Shown here one piece after another: positions 1 to 10,268 of a stretch of DNA of 64,000 bases. The notes under the pieces were generated by a model, which did no database searches, was not told the DNA's origin, and saw nothing but the letters and a program-made list of their open reading frames with translations. This stretch comes from an uncultured Methanoregulaceae archaeon (lineage in GTDB: Archaea > Halobacteriota > Methanomicrobia > Methanomicrobiales > Methanospirillaceae). The first letter of the stretch is position 1. The number at the start of each line of letters is the position of its first letter. The position numbers were made by a program, and so were the translations under genes. The stretch spans positions 2,240,001 through 2,304,000 of the forward strand of contig OY969564.1 of assembly GCA_963701095.1 (NCBI GenBank). The letters are read 5' to 3'.

Positions 1-232
1 TTCCTATTTTACCCAGAATGATATCCTTATGGCATACACTATCAACAATGTCACCCTCCCTGCAGAACGCGGGTATCCGTTCCAGCTTGTTGCCGAAAAC
101 AAGTGGGGATACAAATGGATCAAGTGGATTGACCAGATACAACTGACCAATGATCCGACCTATCAGGGTTACTGGGAACAACGGGGGTATTCAGAATCCG
201 GCGACCTGAACCAGAGTTTCTACTCAGTGTGA
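1..232 (+). CDS. Molybdopterin-dependent oxidoreductase (sulfite oxidase/MsrP-like), C-terminal part; gene starts before the window
   Basis: LPAERGYPFQLV...WGYKWIKW...GYWEQRGY matches the conserved C-terminal motifs of the Oxidored_molyb family. Confidence 0.85.
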   Translation, partial: SYFTQNDILMAYTINNVTLPAERGYPFQLVAENKWGYKWIKWIDQIQLTNDPTYQGYWEQRGYSESGDLNQSFYSV

Positions 233-273
233 TCTTATTTTGGCGGATGTCGTAGAGAAATCAGGGCTTTCGT

Positions 274-531
274 CTAGGTTTTTCCCAGCATTTTGCGGCC
301 TATGGAAACGATCCACCGCCGGTTCATGAAGAGGTGGAGAAACACAAAAAGCCCAAGCAGGATTCCGGACCAGTCATGGAGATCTGAAATAAATGCGGCC
401 GGAAGAATAACTTCGTTTAACCCGGTTACCTGCAACAGAACGGAGAATTTCAAAAGTCCGGTAATAAAACAGATCATGAAAGTAATGCCCATGAGGAGAT
501 CAACTACCCAGGTTACAACGAATCTGTCCAT
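274..531 (-). CDS. DUF4405-type small membrane protein (His-containing, cytochrome b-like), partner of the molybdopterin oxidoreductase
   Basis: VDLLMGITF..ITGL and LHDWSG...LHL..N.RWI pattern; likely start MDRF at 531. Confidence 0.7.
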   Translation of the reverse strand: MDRFVVTWVVDLLMGITFMICFITGLLKFSVLLQVTGLNEVILPAAFISDLHDWSGILLGLFVFLHLFMNRRWIVSIGRKMLGKT

Positions 532-633
532 CCAATCTTCGTTCTTCTTTTCCCATAATATGTTTTTTGTGCACAATCAGAAGTCTCCTTTAATCAGCGA
601 TCCTTTTTTCCCTTCCCGCTCCACACGTTTTTT

Positions 634-1190
634 ATGCCCTACGATCCTTTCCAGGTCTACCAGCCTGAGGCTGATACGTTCCTGCTTCTCGGGGCTGCGC
701 TTGCCGAAATCCGTTCCGGGGACCGTGTCCTTGAGATCGGCACCGGAACAGGCCGCATTGCAATGGCGATTGCGCAGAGCTGCGATGTCGTGGCTACGGA
801 TGTCAATCCTCATGCGGCCCTCTGTGCTCAGCGAAACGGTCTCAAGGTAGTGCGAAGCGATCTCTGTGCCGGATCCGGGGCACATTCGATCTGATAATTT
901 TCAATCCCCCCTATCTCCCAACCCAGCTTGATGAACGAATAGATGACTGGCTGGAATTTGCTCTTGACGGCGGTATCACCGGACGTGAAGTTATCAGTCG
1001 TTTTGCTCTCAGCGTGGGAAGCGTCCTTGCCCCTTCGGGCAGGATCCTGCTCCTTGTCTCCTCGTTGACCGGTATCTCTGAGGTCAGGGATCTTTTTGAA
1101 AAACGCCTTTTTATGGTAGAAATACTACGGCAGGAAATCGTAGAAGACGAGATACTTTACGTACTCCGGATTACCCGGGACGATGGCTGA
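634..1190 (+). CDS. HemK/PrmC-family (archaeal HemK2-type) SAM-dependent methyltransferase; -1 frameshift near 872, probably a sequencing error
   Basis: VYQPEADTFLL and VLEIGTGTG in the first frame; FDLIIFNPPYLP...ALDGG..GREVISRF continues in another frame to TGA at 1188-1190. Confidence 0.85.
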
Positions 1191-1353
1191 TTTTTTTCAA
1201 CAAAAAATACGAAGATATTTTTGATGGCCAGGAATTGGTCAGCCTCAATCTTTATAGGCTAAATTAAAACTATTTAAAGAAAAAAACGGCAATATCAAAG
1301 GCAGATTTTTCAATCGTTTTCCCACTTTACCCCCTTTTTACACAGGTAATCCC

Positions 1354-1944
1354 ATGGACACAACCACCACCGAAGATATCTCCCGTCTCCTGGATCAGTA
1401 CCGTACAGCTATACATGAAACACAGGATCACGCCGGGGAACGCTGTAGTTTCGGCAGGTTCCGGGCAGGTGCACCGTATTTCGCACGTCATGCACTTCTC
1501 CGGCACATGGGTTCACGCGGTGAAAGGTATCCTTTTACACCGTCGTTACAAAGAGAGTTTGAATCTATCAATGCGGATCTTGCGGTCCTTGAGGATGAGG
1601 GCGGCTGGGCATATCGCGAGGAACTCTTCTGCGACCTTATCGCCTATACTGAAGCCCACAGGTCATTAATGTGTTATCGAGAGCTTGGCATGTGCAATTT
1701 CGATAAAATCAAGAATCAACAATTCCGGGAAGAGATCACGGTTCTTCTTGAAGAACTCGAAGGGGAATTTTGTATAGATACTATTATGGCGCTCATCTGC
1801 TCCCTAGATGAAACGGCGAAATCCTTACATGAATCCATCCGGACAGATGCGGTTTTGCCCGAAGGAGCCGGGCATATACCTGTCTGGGAGGATCGGTTCT
1901 GTTTTAACCTGGCCGGTAAACGGACCGGCCTCCTGGAAGAGTAG
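1354..1944 (+). CDS. Hypothetical protein (196 aa)
   Basis: Long ATG-started ORF with protein-like composition; no recognised motif. Confidence 0.65.
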   Translation: MDTTTTEDISRLLDQYRTAIHETQDHAGERCSFGRFRAGAPYFARHALLRHMGSRGERYPFTPSLQREFESINADLAVLEDEGGWAYREELFCDLIAYTEAHRSLMCYRELGMCNFDKIKNQQFREEITVLLEELEGEFCIDTIMALICSLDETAKSLHESIRTDAVLPEGAGHIPVWEDRFCFNLAGKRTGLLEE

Positions 1945-2730
1945 TCACACAATCAGCCGGCGTCGCATCATGTTGATTGAGATAATACAGAAAAACACCG
2001 TGGCAACAAGTATCCACGCGATATTCAGAAAGATCAGGCTGCCTGTTGCGGGAAGCGTGGCCATCCGCATGAGCGAGACAAGATGGGTAAGGGGAAAAAT
2101 TGCGAGGGCAATGTACTGGAAGATTACCGGGAGTATAGTAAGCGGGAAAAACGTACCCGAGAATAACATCATCGGTGTAATAAGCAGAAACGAGGGGTAA
2201 TTGAGCGTATCGATAGTGGGGGTAATCGCGGTAAAGCACATCGCAATGCCGGCGAAGGTAAGCCCGCCGAGAAAAGCAAGAGGGATAGTGAGAAGCGAGA
2301 AAGGAAGGGATACTACCCTGAATACCACAAGCACCGGCAGCATGATGGTGACCGAGATAACCGCTCTTGTGGCACCCCAGAGGAGTTCCCCAGCGATGAC
2401 GTCTTCAATCGAAAGTGGCGTTGCGATAATCGCATCAAAACTTTTCTGGTAATACATTCTCACGTAGGAACCATAGGTGCATTCGAAGAATGCAGAGTTC
2501 ATCGCCGAGATTGCAAGTACAGCAGGAGCAATAAAGTTGATGTACGGTACACCGTCGATTGTGCCAACATAGGTCCCGATCCCAAGACCGATGGCTGATA
2601 AATACAGGAATGCTTCAATTAACGGCGGGAAAAAATTCACTTTCCAGGTCTTTATAAATACATCAAGGTTCCGGCGCCAGACCTTCCCTGCACGTCGTGA
2701 GATCCGGGGAATTGACACTATGGATGACAT
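1945..2730 (-). CDS. ABC-2 type transporter permease (NodJ-like)
   Basis: Multiple TM helices; YINFIAP, FECTYGSYVRM, FSGTFFPL motifs; adjacent to its ATPase. Confidence 0.9.
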   Translation of the reverse strand: MSSIVSIPRISRRAGKVWRRNLDVFIKTWKVNFFPPLIEAFLYLSAIGLGIGTYVGTIDGVPYINFIAPAVLAISAMNSAFFECTYGSYVRMYYQKSFDAIIATPLSIEDVIAGELLWGATRAVISVTIMLPVLVVFRVVSLPFSLLTIPLAFLGGLTFAGIAMCFTAITPTIDTLNYPSFLLITPMMLFSGTFFPLTILPVIFQYIALAIFPLTHLVSLMRMATLPATGSLIFLNIAWILVATVFFCIISINMMRRRLIV

Positions 2731-2732
2731 GT

Positions 2733-3647
2733 TTACTCCCTCAGTGTCCTTCCGGTCAGTTTTAAAAAGACATCCTCAAGTGTCGCCGGCCTGGTACTCA
2801 TCCTGCTGTTTTTACACCGGTCGAGGAGTGTTTTTGCAAGCTCCCGGGACGAATCCGTTGCTACCTGTACCTGCTCGCCGAGGCTTTCGAACGAAACTCC
2901 CAGCTCCGAAAGACAAGCGGTCACTTCGGGCGTATTATCCATTTCGATGATCTCGCTACCTACATGGTCCCGGACCAGTTGGGCGGGGGTTCCTTCGACA
3001 AGGAATGTACCATGGTCCATAATAACCAGCCTGTCGCAGAGCCGGGCAGCCTCGTCGAGATAATGGGTCGTGAGCACAATGGTATTTCCCTGTGAACGGA
3101 GCAACCGGAGGCGGTCCCAGATGAGGTGGCGTGCCTGCGGGTCGAGACCAATAGTCGGCTCGTCAAGGATGAGCAGATCCGGGTTGTTGATAAGCGCCCG
3201 GGCAAGAATAAGCCGGCGTTTCATACCTCCGGAAAGTTTGTCGATACTTATTTTTCGTTTCTCGGTAAGTGATACAAACGCAAGAAGGTTCTCCGCTCGT
3301 TTCTGTGCCTCGGTTTCCGGGATATCGAAGTACCGGGCAAAGGTAAGCAGGTTCCCTTCAGTAGTAAAATCAGGATCAAGGTTTGTCTCCTGGGGGACTA
3401 CGCCGATCCTTTGTTTGATCTCTGCCGGGTTTATAGCGGGATCCATGCCAAAAACCCGCAGGGTGCCTGATGTCCGGGGTGAAACGCACTGGATCATCCG
3501 CATTGTTGTGGTTTTTCCCGCCCCGTTTGGCCCTAAAAATCCAAAAATCTCCCCTTTCTGGACACTGAACCGGATGTGGCTTACCGCAGTGGTGTCATTG
3601 TACGTCTTTGTCAGGTCGTCGGCTTCGATTATCCCGGGCATCGGCAT
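2733..3647 (-). CDS. ABC transporter ATP-binding protein (NodI/DrrA-like)
   Basis: Walker A GPNGAGKTT, signature LSGGMKRR, Walker B LILDEPT, C-terminal TLEDVFLKLTG. Confidence 0.95.
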   Translation of the reverse strand: MPMPGIIEADDLTKTYNDTTAVSHIRFSVQKGEIFGFLGPNGAGKTTTMRMIQCVSPRTSGTLRVFGMDPAINPAEIKQRIGVVPQETNLDPDFTTEGNLLTFARYFDIPETEAQKRAENLLAFVSLTEKRKISIDKLSGGMKRRLILARALINNPDLLILDEPTIGLDPQARHLIWDRLRLLRSQGNTIVLTTHYLDEAARLCDRLVIMDHGTFLVEGTPAQLVRDHVGSEIIEMDNTPEVTACLSELGVSFESLGEQVQVATDSSRELAKTLLDRCKNSRMSTRPATLEDVFLKLTGRTLRE

Positions 3648-3688
3648 AACCTCGTATCTTTGTACTGCCCATCCATGGTACGATCATA

Positions 3689-4186
3689 TTATTTTCTTTT
3701 ATTCAGCATCTGCAGAGAGCGGGATACAGCATCCCGGACATTTTCAAAGGGATCAGCTGCTGCCCCGGCGAGTGCATCTATCGCCCGGGTGTCACCGAAT
3801 CTTCCCAGCACCTCGGCAGCACCGGCCCGGATACGATCATCCCGATCTGCCAGACATCCTATGAGGGGAATGACTGCACGCCGGTCCTTCAACCGGCCGA
3901 GGGCTGCAACAACGCCAGCCCGGACCTCGGTATCTCTGTCGTTCAGCGCCGCAATTAGCCCCGGCACTGCACGATCGTCGTTTAATCTCCCCAATGCACG
4001 TGTTACCTCCCGGCGGACAGACGGGTGGTCATCACCCAGGGCTTTAACCAGTGGCATTACTCCAGCCGGGTCGCCGGATTGGCCCAAAGTCGCAGCAGCG
4101 TCGCGCCGTCTTTTAATCGTCGGCGAAGTCAGGTCTGTAATCAGCGGTGAGATATCGGTCATAGATGGTGGGATCAGCGGTCGCAC
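3689..4186 (-). CDS. HEAT/PBS-lyase repeat protein
   Basis: Repeated L.D....VR..A..ALG...D.RAV..L units; true start may be 4162. Confidence 0.9.
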   Translation of the reverse strand: MRPLIPPSMTDISPLITDLTSPTIKRRRDAAATLGQSGDPAGVMPLVKALGDDHPSVRREVTRALGRLNDDRAVPGLIAALNDRDTEVRAGVVAALGRLKDRRAVIPLIGCLADRDDRIRAGAAEVLGRFGDTRAIDALAGAAADPFENVRDAVSRSLQMLNKRK

Positions 4187-4521
4187 TCCTGGCCCGACTC
4201 GTATGCTGCGATTACTTTCTTTGCCATTTCCGGAGAGATCCTGTCGTGAACAAGTTTTACGAGAGCTTCAGCATCTTCGGGCTCAACACAGCCAAGACCC
4301 TCTTCCCCGGTCAGAATTTTTTCGGTAATATAGGTCAGTTCATCATCTGAAAGCCGGCTGATCCGTCCGGTGAAATCTTCTGCACTTTCCGCAAAATGGT
4401 TGGAGACCGGTGGCAGGATCGCGTGAAACTGGTGCCCCGATCCGCCACAGGTAAGATCTCCGCATTCGGGTGCAAGTTTTTTTAAGATTACAATATCTTT
4501 CTCACTGAGTTCGCGTGCCAT
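4174..4521 (-). CDS. Hypothetical protein (115 aa)
   Basis: ATG preceded by GGAGGGG; acidic protein-like sequence with several Cys/His. Confidence 0.7.
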   Translation of the reverse strand: MARELSEKDIVILKKLAPECGDLTCGGSGHQFHAILPPVSNHFAESAEDFTGRISRLSDDELTYITEKILTGEEGLGCVEPEDAEALVKLVHDRISPEMAKKVIAAYESGQECDR

Positions 4522-4605
4522 GGTTCAGAAATCCCCTCCGGGAAGTAAGTCATGTATCATCTGATGAGCGTTCAGGCGCATCATTTACTAAAAAAAGACT
4601 GGTGA

Positions 4606-5004
4606 TTAGAAGTATTTATTGATCCATTTTTTTATACTGGCAAGAATGCCCGAGTTGCTGCCGGAGGAAGATTTTCTCTGGGATGAGCGGCCCGGTTGAG
4701 GCTGGGGTCGGCTGGCCTGCATGGTTGGGGGATGGGAAACGGTTCGTCTCTGGGTAGGTTCTGACCTCTCCGGAATGTCCCGTATAGTGCTGTGTGGTTC
4801 CTCTGCCTCGGGTTCAAAACCCCACGAAAATCCAACCTTATACGCGTTCTCATTCTGGCGGATCCAGTTTGCCGCTGCCATATAACCCCGGTCTTCTGCC
4901 CGCTTAACCGTGTCCTGGGTATCCAGGGTGAAATGGATCTCCCGCTCAAGTGCGACCAGCTCTTCATACACATTGCCTGGAACCTTAATCTTCTCCCTGC
5001 TCAT
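4606..5004 (-). CDS. Hypothetical protein with low-complexity C-terminus
   Basis: ATG ORF, 132 aa, followed by a T-run on the minus strand. Confidence 0.65.
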   Translation of the reverse strand: MSREKIKVPGNVYEELVALEREIHFTLDTQDTVKRAEDRGYMAAANWIRQNENAYKVGFSWGFEPEAEEPHSTIRDIPERSEPTQRRTVSHPPTMQASRPQPQPGRSSQRKSSSGSNSGILASIKKWINKYF

Positions 5005-5212
5005 AGTAATCCATATAGGGATATGCAGGGATACGATATTTAATATTTCCTCATAAAACGCGCAGATATGCGTTAAATCTACGAACCGGTAAAAAAAAGA
5101 GCGTCAAAAGCCGCAAAACCGCTCACTCGCACAAGATTGATACTCCCGCTCGTAAAACGTAGTTAACAGGAATAAGTCCGGGGCAGGTCAGCTCCTCAGG
5201 GGAAAACAGTTC

Positions 5213-5401
5213 ATGACAACCGTTGTTTTTGTTGATGATGATTTCCGGCGGATGCCCCGCACGGATATGGCGAAACTCCAGAGAATCATTGCATCCGGGA
5301 AATTCGGCACACACAAAGTGTCGTTCGGGGATCGCTCTCTCAATGTAGAGATTAAAAAACAGGGTGATAAGATCACCGTTAGTATATCGAAGGTAATCTA
5401 A
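5213..5401 (+). CDS. Small hypothetical protein (62 aa)
   Basis: ATG ORF with purine-rich upstream region and beta-rich, protein-like sequence. Confidence 0.55.
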   Translation: MTTVVFVDDDFRRMPRTDMAKLQRIIASGKFGTHKVSFGDRSLNVEIKKQGDKITVSISKVI

Positions 5402-5499
5402 AGCATCCTTATAATAAGGAATATTGGTATCATAGCAATGCTTATATGAAATACCGGAAAAATAAAAGTCAAATAATGAAATAAGGGAGAATACAACCT

Positions 5500-5874
5500 A
5501 TGCCAGGTAAAAAGGTACTATATTTTACTGAAAAGGACATGGAATTTACCGATCTTCTTATCAGGATAGGGCTCCAGAGGACTGTCGCAACCGTACTGGT
5601 ATTCCTTGCAAACACTTCTGAAGCCTCCTCCCGGGATATCGAACGCGGTACCGATCTCCGCCAGCCTGAGGTAAGTCTAGCGATGCAGTATCTCCAGTCA
5701 CAAGGCTGGATTTCAAGCAGGCTTGAAAAGACGGATTCAATCGGTCGGCCGCAGAATCTTTTCAGTCTCTCAAAACCTATAGCAGAGATAATAGATCTTA
5801 TCCAGACCGAAAAAGAAAACGAGATACGGAGAAAAATCGCCCTTACTCAGAAAATCCGGAATTATATTGAATGA
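5500..5874 (+). CDS. Winged-HTH transcriptional regulator (methanogen ArsR-like family)
   Basis: EASSRDIERGTDLRQPEVSLAM...GW...GRP motif typical of this family. Confidence 0.85.
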   Translation: MPGKKVLYFTEKDMEFTDLLIRIGLQRTVATVLVFLANTSEASSRDIERGTDLRQPEVSLAMQYLQSQGWISSRLEKTDSIGRPQNLFSLSKPIAEIIDLIQTEKENEIRRKIALTQKIRNYIE

Positions 5875-5907
5875 AGGGTACTCTTTTCTTTAAAGGCCGG
5901 TGAGGGA

Positions 5908-6069
5908 TCACTGGCCGTGTTCATGTTCCGCAGAATACAGGAGCGCTTTTACCAGAAAATAAGCAAGTACGGCCGCAATTAAAAGAAGGGCAACTGCAAG
6001 AAGGATTCGTTCCTGCGGCGGAATTACCAGGGACAGGTATGCATGGTTGGCGAGCATGGGAAAACTCAT
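5908..6069 (-). CDS. Small single-pass membrane protein (49-53 aa, below the ORF-track cutoff)
   Basis: Read by hand: (MSFP)MLANHAYLSLVIPPQERILLAVALLLIAAVLAYFLVKALLYSAEHEHGQ*; ATGs at 6069 and 6057. Confidence 0.45.
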   Translation of the reverse strand: MSFPMLANHAYLSLVIPPQERILLAVALLLIAAVLAYFLVKALLYSAEHEHGQ

Positions 6070-6235
6070 CTGCCGAAATGTACTCTCTGTGGTGTTTTAC
6101 TGTCTCAATCCTTAAAAAAGTGATGGCTGGCTTTCTCCTTTAATCGGATCTTTCAGATGTTTTTCGGTCCCCGGATATTTACCTGTGTCTGAAGTATTCT
6201 TGGATTCTGCCAAACGATAAAGAAAGATAAGGGTT

Positions 6236-6796
6236 TTATTTTCCGGCAAACTTTTTGCCTGCAGAAAATGCTTTCTCGATCTCCTTTCCCACGCCGAAAT
6301 ACGTGGCCTGTGTGTAAATAACCGGGTTGATTTTTGCTATATCCGGTTTCCCTTCAGTCAGACAGGATGCATCAGCATGGATCTCTGCGATTTCGCCGAT
6401 TATCAGGATGTGGCTTCCACATTCTACCGATTTAAACAGCTTGCATTCAATGTTGACCGGGCATTCCGCAGCCAGGGGGGCAGTTTTGAGCTTGCCATAG
6501 AACGACCGGAACACCCCGCTTTTGTCCTGTTGTGAACCGGAGACAAGACCGCAGTGATCGGTTTCGATTACCTGCCGGGTTGACGGAATATTAAGACTGA
6601 ATGTTTTATTCTCGTCGATCCCTTTCATGGTATACCGTATTTTGTTAATCGCTACACAGACCATGGGAGGTGCCATGCACGCAACAGTTGACCAGGCTGC
6701 GGTCATGTAGTTTGCCTTCCCCTTCACGTTCGTGCCCACGAGAACGGTGGGCATAATACTCATGTATGGCATAGGGCCGATAGCTACCTTTTCCAT
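6236..6796 (-). CDS. Flavin reductase-like (flavoredoxin) family protein
   Basis: PTVLVG...NYMTAAW, FSLNIPS, DHCGLVSG..DK, APL..ECPVNIEC, SH...IGEI. Confidence 0.9.
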   Translation of the reverse strand: MEKVAIGPMPYMSIMPTVLVGTNVKGKANYMTAAWSTVACMAPPMVCVAINKIRYTMKGIDENKTFSLNIPSTRQVIETDHCGLVSGSQQDKSGVFRSFYGKLKTAPLAAECPVNIECKLFKSVECGSHILIIGEIAEIHADASCLTEGKPDIAKINPVIYTQATYFGVGKEIEKAFSAGKKFAGK

Positions 6797-6939
6797 AGAG
6801 ATTCGCCGGTTTCCGGTGGGCGAAGGTGGTTTTTAAGGGTATCTATGATAGCGGTTTGAATCTGTGCAAGAATGCGCCGGGATACCTTTCCTACACAACA
6901 ATGAAAAAATGGACCTGTCGGGAAACACTAAAAAAATGA

Positions 6940-7227
6940 TTATTGGTTATTGGCATCCGATGCCGGGTTTTCCTGGACGACCTGGCGCAACAATTTACGG
7001 AATTCATCATCATGGCGGGCGAGATTGAAGAACACGCTGCGCATCGTTGCCGGAAACTCTTCGGCATGCATATCATAGAACTGGCAATAAAAGGTGCAGG
7101 CGTCTATGATCACGTCCTCGCGGTTAAGGTACTTAAGTTTTGCAATGGTATCGATCTTTTCAATAAGCGCATTGGGAATCTTCAACGAGATCAACGTTTC
7201 GCCATAATCCATGTTTTCAGCTCTCAT
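6940..7227 (-). CDS. Ribbon-helix-helix (CopG-like) domain protein
   Basis: ISLKIPNALIEKIDTIAKLKYLNREDVIIDAC fits the RHH strand-helix-helix pattern; start at 7227 or 7212. Confidence 0.6.
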   Translation of the reverse strand: MRAENMDYGETLISLKIPNALIEKIDTIAKLKYLNREDVIIDACTFYCQFYDMHAEEFPATMRSVFFNLARHDDEFRKLLRQVVQENPASDANNQ

Positions 7228-7388
7228 TTTTAAGGATAAGAACCTATTGCCGGAACGCAAAACCCCTTCGAGCCGGATGGAGAGGATACGTCCTAGTCTG
7301 AAGGGTGCATAAAGCGTGCAGTTTTTTTTTAACGACAACCCGGAAATTTAATAGGAACCCCTATATCCCATAAGTGTTTTTTTAGATC

Positions 7389-8219
7389 ATGGATGATGCT
7401 CAAACGTGGTTCAACGAAGGTGTTACTCTCTATGAAAAGAGCGATTACCGGCGTGCAATAACCGCATTTGATAAAGCCCTGGCCGCTGATCCTACCCTGG
7501 CCGAGGCCTGGAATAACCGGGGTCTTGCTCTTATCCAGACGGGTGATTATGAGGAAGCCAGGCGATCTATCCAGAAAGCGTTATCGCTTAATCCCCATTA
7601 CGAAAATGCAAAAAAAGCACGGAATATTGTTCTCAGGCTTTTAAAAGACCAGGAAAATACAGAAACGGCGCCCGATGCATCCAAAGTCACACCGCCTCAG
7701 GCTCCTGATGGTAAAGGACCGAAACGTCCCGTGGTCCTTGTCACACTCATCTTCGTGGTCCTCCTTATAGCAGCAGGTGGCATCATTGCTGTGAGACATA
7801 TGCAGGGTTCAGGAGGCTTTTTTGCACAGGTAACCCCCACACCTGTATTAACGCCAATACCAACTCCTGTAGCAACCCTGACTCCCGGACCGACATCGAC
7901 AAAACCGGCAGTGCCTTCTTCAGGAGTCTGGGTGGAAATCAAGTACGACCGTTCCTATTCAGGGACTGTGGGGATACCCGGCAACGTGCAGATGCTTTCC
8001 GGCAGTACGCAAATGCAGCCAAATACCGGCGACCAGTTCTACCAGATCGAGCGAAATAATGGAATTATTTATGCATCTGTTACCAAGAACGACGGATCCG
8101 GAGATCCGCTGACGGTAAATATCTATAAAGATGGTACGCTTATCAAAACGGATTCTACTATGAAACCCTATGGGGGTCTTGATGTAGTGGGAGTTCTTTC
8201 GACACCAACGGTTCAATAA
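7389..8219 (+). CDS. TPR-repeat membrane-anchored protein with Pro/Thr linker and extracellular C-terminal domain
   Basis: WFNEG/AWNNRG TPR motifs, one TM segment, PTPTP linker. Confidence 0.85.
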   Translation: MDDAQTWFNEGVTLYEKSDYRRAITAFDKALAADPTLAEAWNNRGLALIQTGDYEEARRSIQKALSLNPHYENAKKARNIVLRLLKDQENTETAPDASKVTPPQAPDGKGPKRPVVLVTLIFVVLLIAAGGIIAVRHMQGSGGFFAQVTPTPVLTPIPTPVATLTPGPTSTKPAVPSSGVWVEIKYDRSYSGTVGIPGNVQMLSGSTQMQPNTGDQFYQIERNNGIIYASVTKNDGSGDPLTVNIYKDGTLIKTDSTMKPYGGLDVVGVLSTPTVQ

Positions 8220-8411
8220 TCATCTGTCAGCAGTACCTGAAACCGCTCCGTCTGAAACCTGATCTTTCCATTTTTCACCCGATTGTGTGTTTTTGGTGTA
8301 AAGGTGATGGAACCGCGTATCGGTGCTCTTCAAAATATATATTTAGTTCATCAAATCTATATACTTTAGAAATAATATAGTGTTTAGAAGCATCGCAGGA
8401 GTGAATGAGCA

Positions 8412-8759
8412 ATGCCTATGATTGGTTTATACAGGATCCATCAGGAGCAGATAAAGAAAGTCGAGCAGAGCCTAAAAGCTCCTTTCCAGATTCATAAGGG
8501 GGATACAGGTACAGGTAACCCCCAGGTAAAAAAACCGGAACACATGAGACAGAAATCCCTTTCCGGTGAAAGGGAGCTTGGCCGCAATGTATCCGGTAAC
8601 AAACGGGTGTGCATGGATCCCCCGACACCACCCTCATCTCCGGTACCCGCACTCCGGTGCCTCCGCTGCAACACCCGCATGCCTGAACTGGATTTTCTCT
8701 ATACCAATAAGTCCGGCTTATGCATCTGCTGCTGGGAAGAACAGGAGGCGTGCATATGA
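8412..8759 (+). CDS. Hypothetical protein with C-terminal Cys4 zinc-finger-like motif
   Basis: GGAGTG upstream; CLRC...CICC near the C-terminus. Confidence 0.55.
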   Translation: MPMIGLYRIHQEQIKKVEQSLKAPFQIHKGDTGTGNPQVKKPEHMRQKSLSGERELGRNVSGNKRVCMDPPTPPSSPVPALRCLRCNTRMPELDFLYTNKSGLCICCWEEQEACI

Positions 8760-8947
8760 GCATGAAAAAGAAAAAAGCAAAGAAATCATCATCACTGACA
8801 CCCGGATCTAATCCTGCACAACAACCCGCGCTTCCTCTCTCCCGGTCTTCACAAAAATCCGGTCCCGCGACTGTTGACACTTCAGGGGGCTCTCTGTTGG
8901 GGAAGGTAAAGTCTTATTTACTATCCGGTAAACCCGCAGAAGCCTAA
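8756..8947 (+). CDS. Small basic hypothetical protein
   Basis: ATGA overlap with the previous stop and GGAGG upstream. Confidence 0.45.
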   Translation: MSMKKKKAKKSSSLTPGSNPAQQPALPLSRSSQKSGPATVDTSGGSLLGKVKSYLLSGKPAEA

Positions 8948-9069
8948 AGACCTCGTCAGCAGACAGAAGGACACAATAAAAACTGATTAGTTCCCGAACG
9001 GATGGAGGGTCCGGTCCACCCGTCGGTGACGCAGCTTTATTTCAATATTATCTTAGGTCTGCAGGACTG

Positions 9070-10104
9070 TTATTTTCCGGAAGGCTTCCGGTGCAGGGAC
9101 TTGTCTTCCTCGACAATATAGTTGATTACATTCTCTGAAATATCTGCAGCGTACTCTCCTGACCTGCGGATACTCTCGGCAATATAGCTGACAGAAACAG
9201 CCATCATCGTCTCCTGTTTAAAGGCAAGGTTGTGGATGTCGCCGCAGATATGTTCAAGGGCCGAAACCGATTCGATAGTCTTATGGGCCTCCTTGATATC
9301 GGCATTAAAAAACGAAATAACGCTCTTATCAAAGATTTGCATAGACATCGCACTTGCCTTCTTTAATGAAGTTATGATCTTCGGGTCGAGCTCGGTATCC
9401 ATCACCGGTTGTGCATTCTCGGCAATCCGTACGGCATGATCACCGATCCGTTCAATGATTTTGCTGATGAGGTGATAGTACATGGCCATACCGACCGACA
9501 CTTCCATCTTCCGCGAGAGGGACGGGTTCTGCATGATCATGTTGGTCTGCCGTGCTATCAGCCAGTTGAGCCGGTCTGAGTCCATATCCCGGTTAATCAC
9601 ATCAGTAGCAAGTGTCGCGTTATGCGTTTCAAGCGCCATAATGGCATCTTCATGCATGTTCCTGACAATCACAAACATCCGTTTTATGGTGTTATCAAAG
9701 GGCATCTCGGCAGGGTTGAGCAGATCTTTAATGAGGATAAGTGTATCGGTCTCTTCGATGACTTCCTGGCCGATAGTCATCTGGGTGAAGTCCCGGACAA
9801 CCGTACGGACAAATGGCGGGAACCGTTGTTTTGAGCTTATCCGGATTGTGGTAAACCCGGTAATGTATGTCCCGATAAGCATCCTGAACAGGAAGGAAGG
9901 GTCGGTAATATGACCGATATCGATCTCCTTGACCCGCTGGACCGGATCCTCAGTGGTCTTTTTGGTAACCAGAAGGGTACCATCGGGCTGGGTGATCAGT
10001 CCGACAGGATCGTTCTTCTTGATGCGCATTTCCTGGACCCAGTCTTTGGGTAGCGTAACGACAAACGATGACCCCCCGGTCATCTGTACACGGCGTATTT
10101 CCAT
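9070..10104 (-). CDS. phoU: Phosphate uptake regulator: N-terminal AbrB/SpoVT DNA-binding domain plus PhoU domains
   Basis: MEIRRVQMTGGSSFVVTLPKDW start; IERIGDHAVRIAE and IRRSGEYAADISE PhoU helices; AGGAGG RBS. Confidence 0.92.
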   Translation of the reverse strand: MEIRRVQMTGGSSFVVTLPKDWVQEMRIKKNDPVGLITQPDGTLLVTKKTTEDPVQRVKEIDIGHITDPSFLFRMLIGTYITGFTTIRISSKQRFPPFVRTVVRDFTQMTIGQEVIEETDTLILIKDLLNPAEMPFDNTIKRMFVIVRNMHEDAIMALETHNATLATDVINRDMDSDRLNWLIARQTNMIMQNPSLSRKMEVSVGMAMYYHLISKIIERIGDHAVRIAENAQPVMDTELDPKIITSLKKASAMSMQIFDKSVISFFNADIKEAHKTIESVSALEHICGDIHNLAFKQETMMAVSVSYIAESIRRSGEYAADISENVINYIVEEDKSLHRKPSGK

Positions 10105-10268
10105 TTTCTGTTTACCTCCTGATGAATAGAGCGGTATGATGAATATGCTTAACTCTATTTTCACTCTTAAAGCATATATACCTGTATAGTCTATGTCGAA
10201 AAATTGTATATCATCTCGAAGTTAATATTCGTTTGAATATCAAAAGACGATGAATATGGGGGGCAGAT

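Noticed and set aside
2733..3647. This ABC ATPase as the missing PstB
   Set aside because: It is NodI/DrrA-type and paired with its own ABC-2 permease
293..4328. Long alternative ORFs (293-850, 3070-3864, 3576-4328) and similar ones elsewhere (50941-51831, 51137-51961)
   Set aside because: Antisense shadows of well-supported genes with no motifs of their own
8993..9026. Imperfect hairpin between the 8756-8947 ORF and the phoU 3' end
   Set aside because: Short and mismatched; at most a terminator, not enough to call an RNA element
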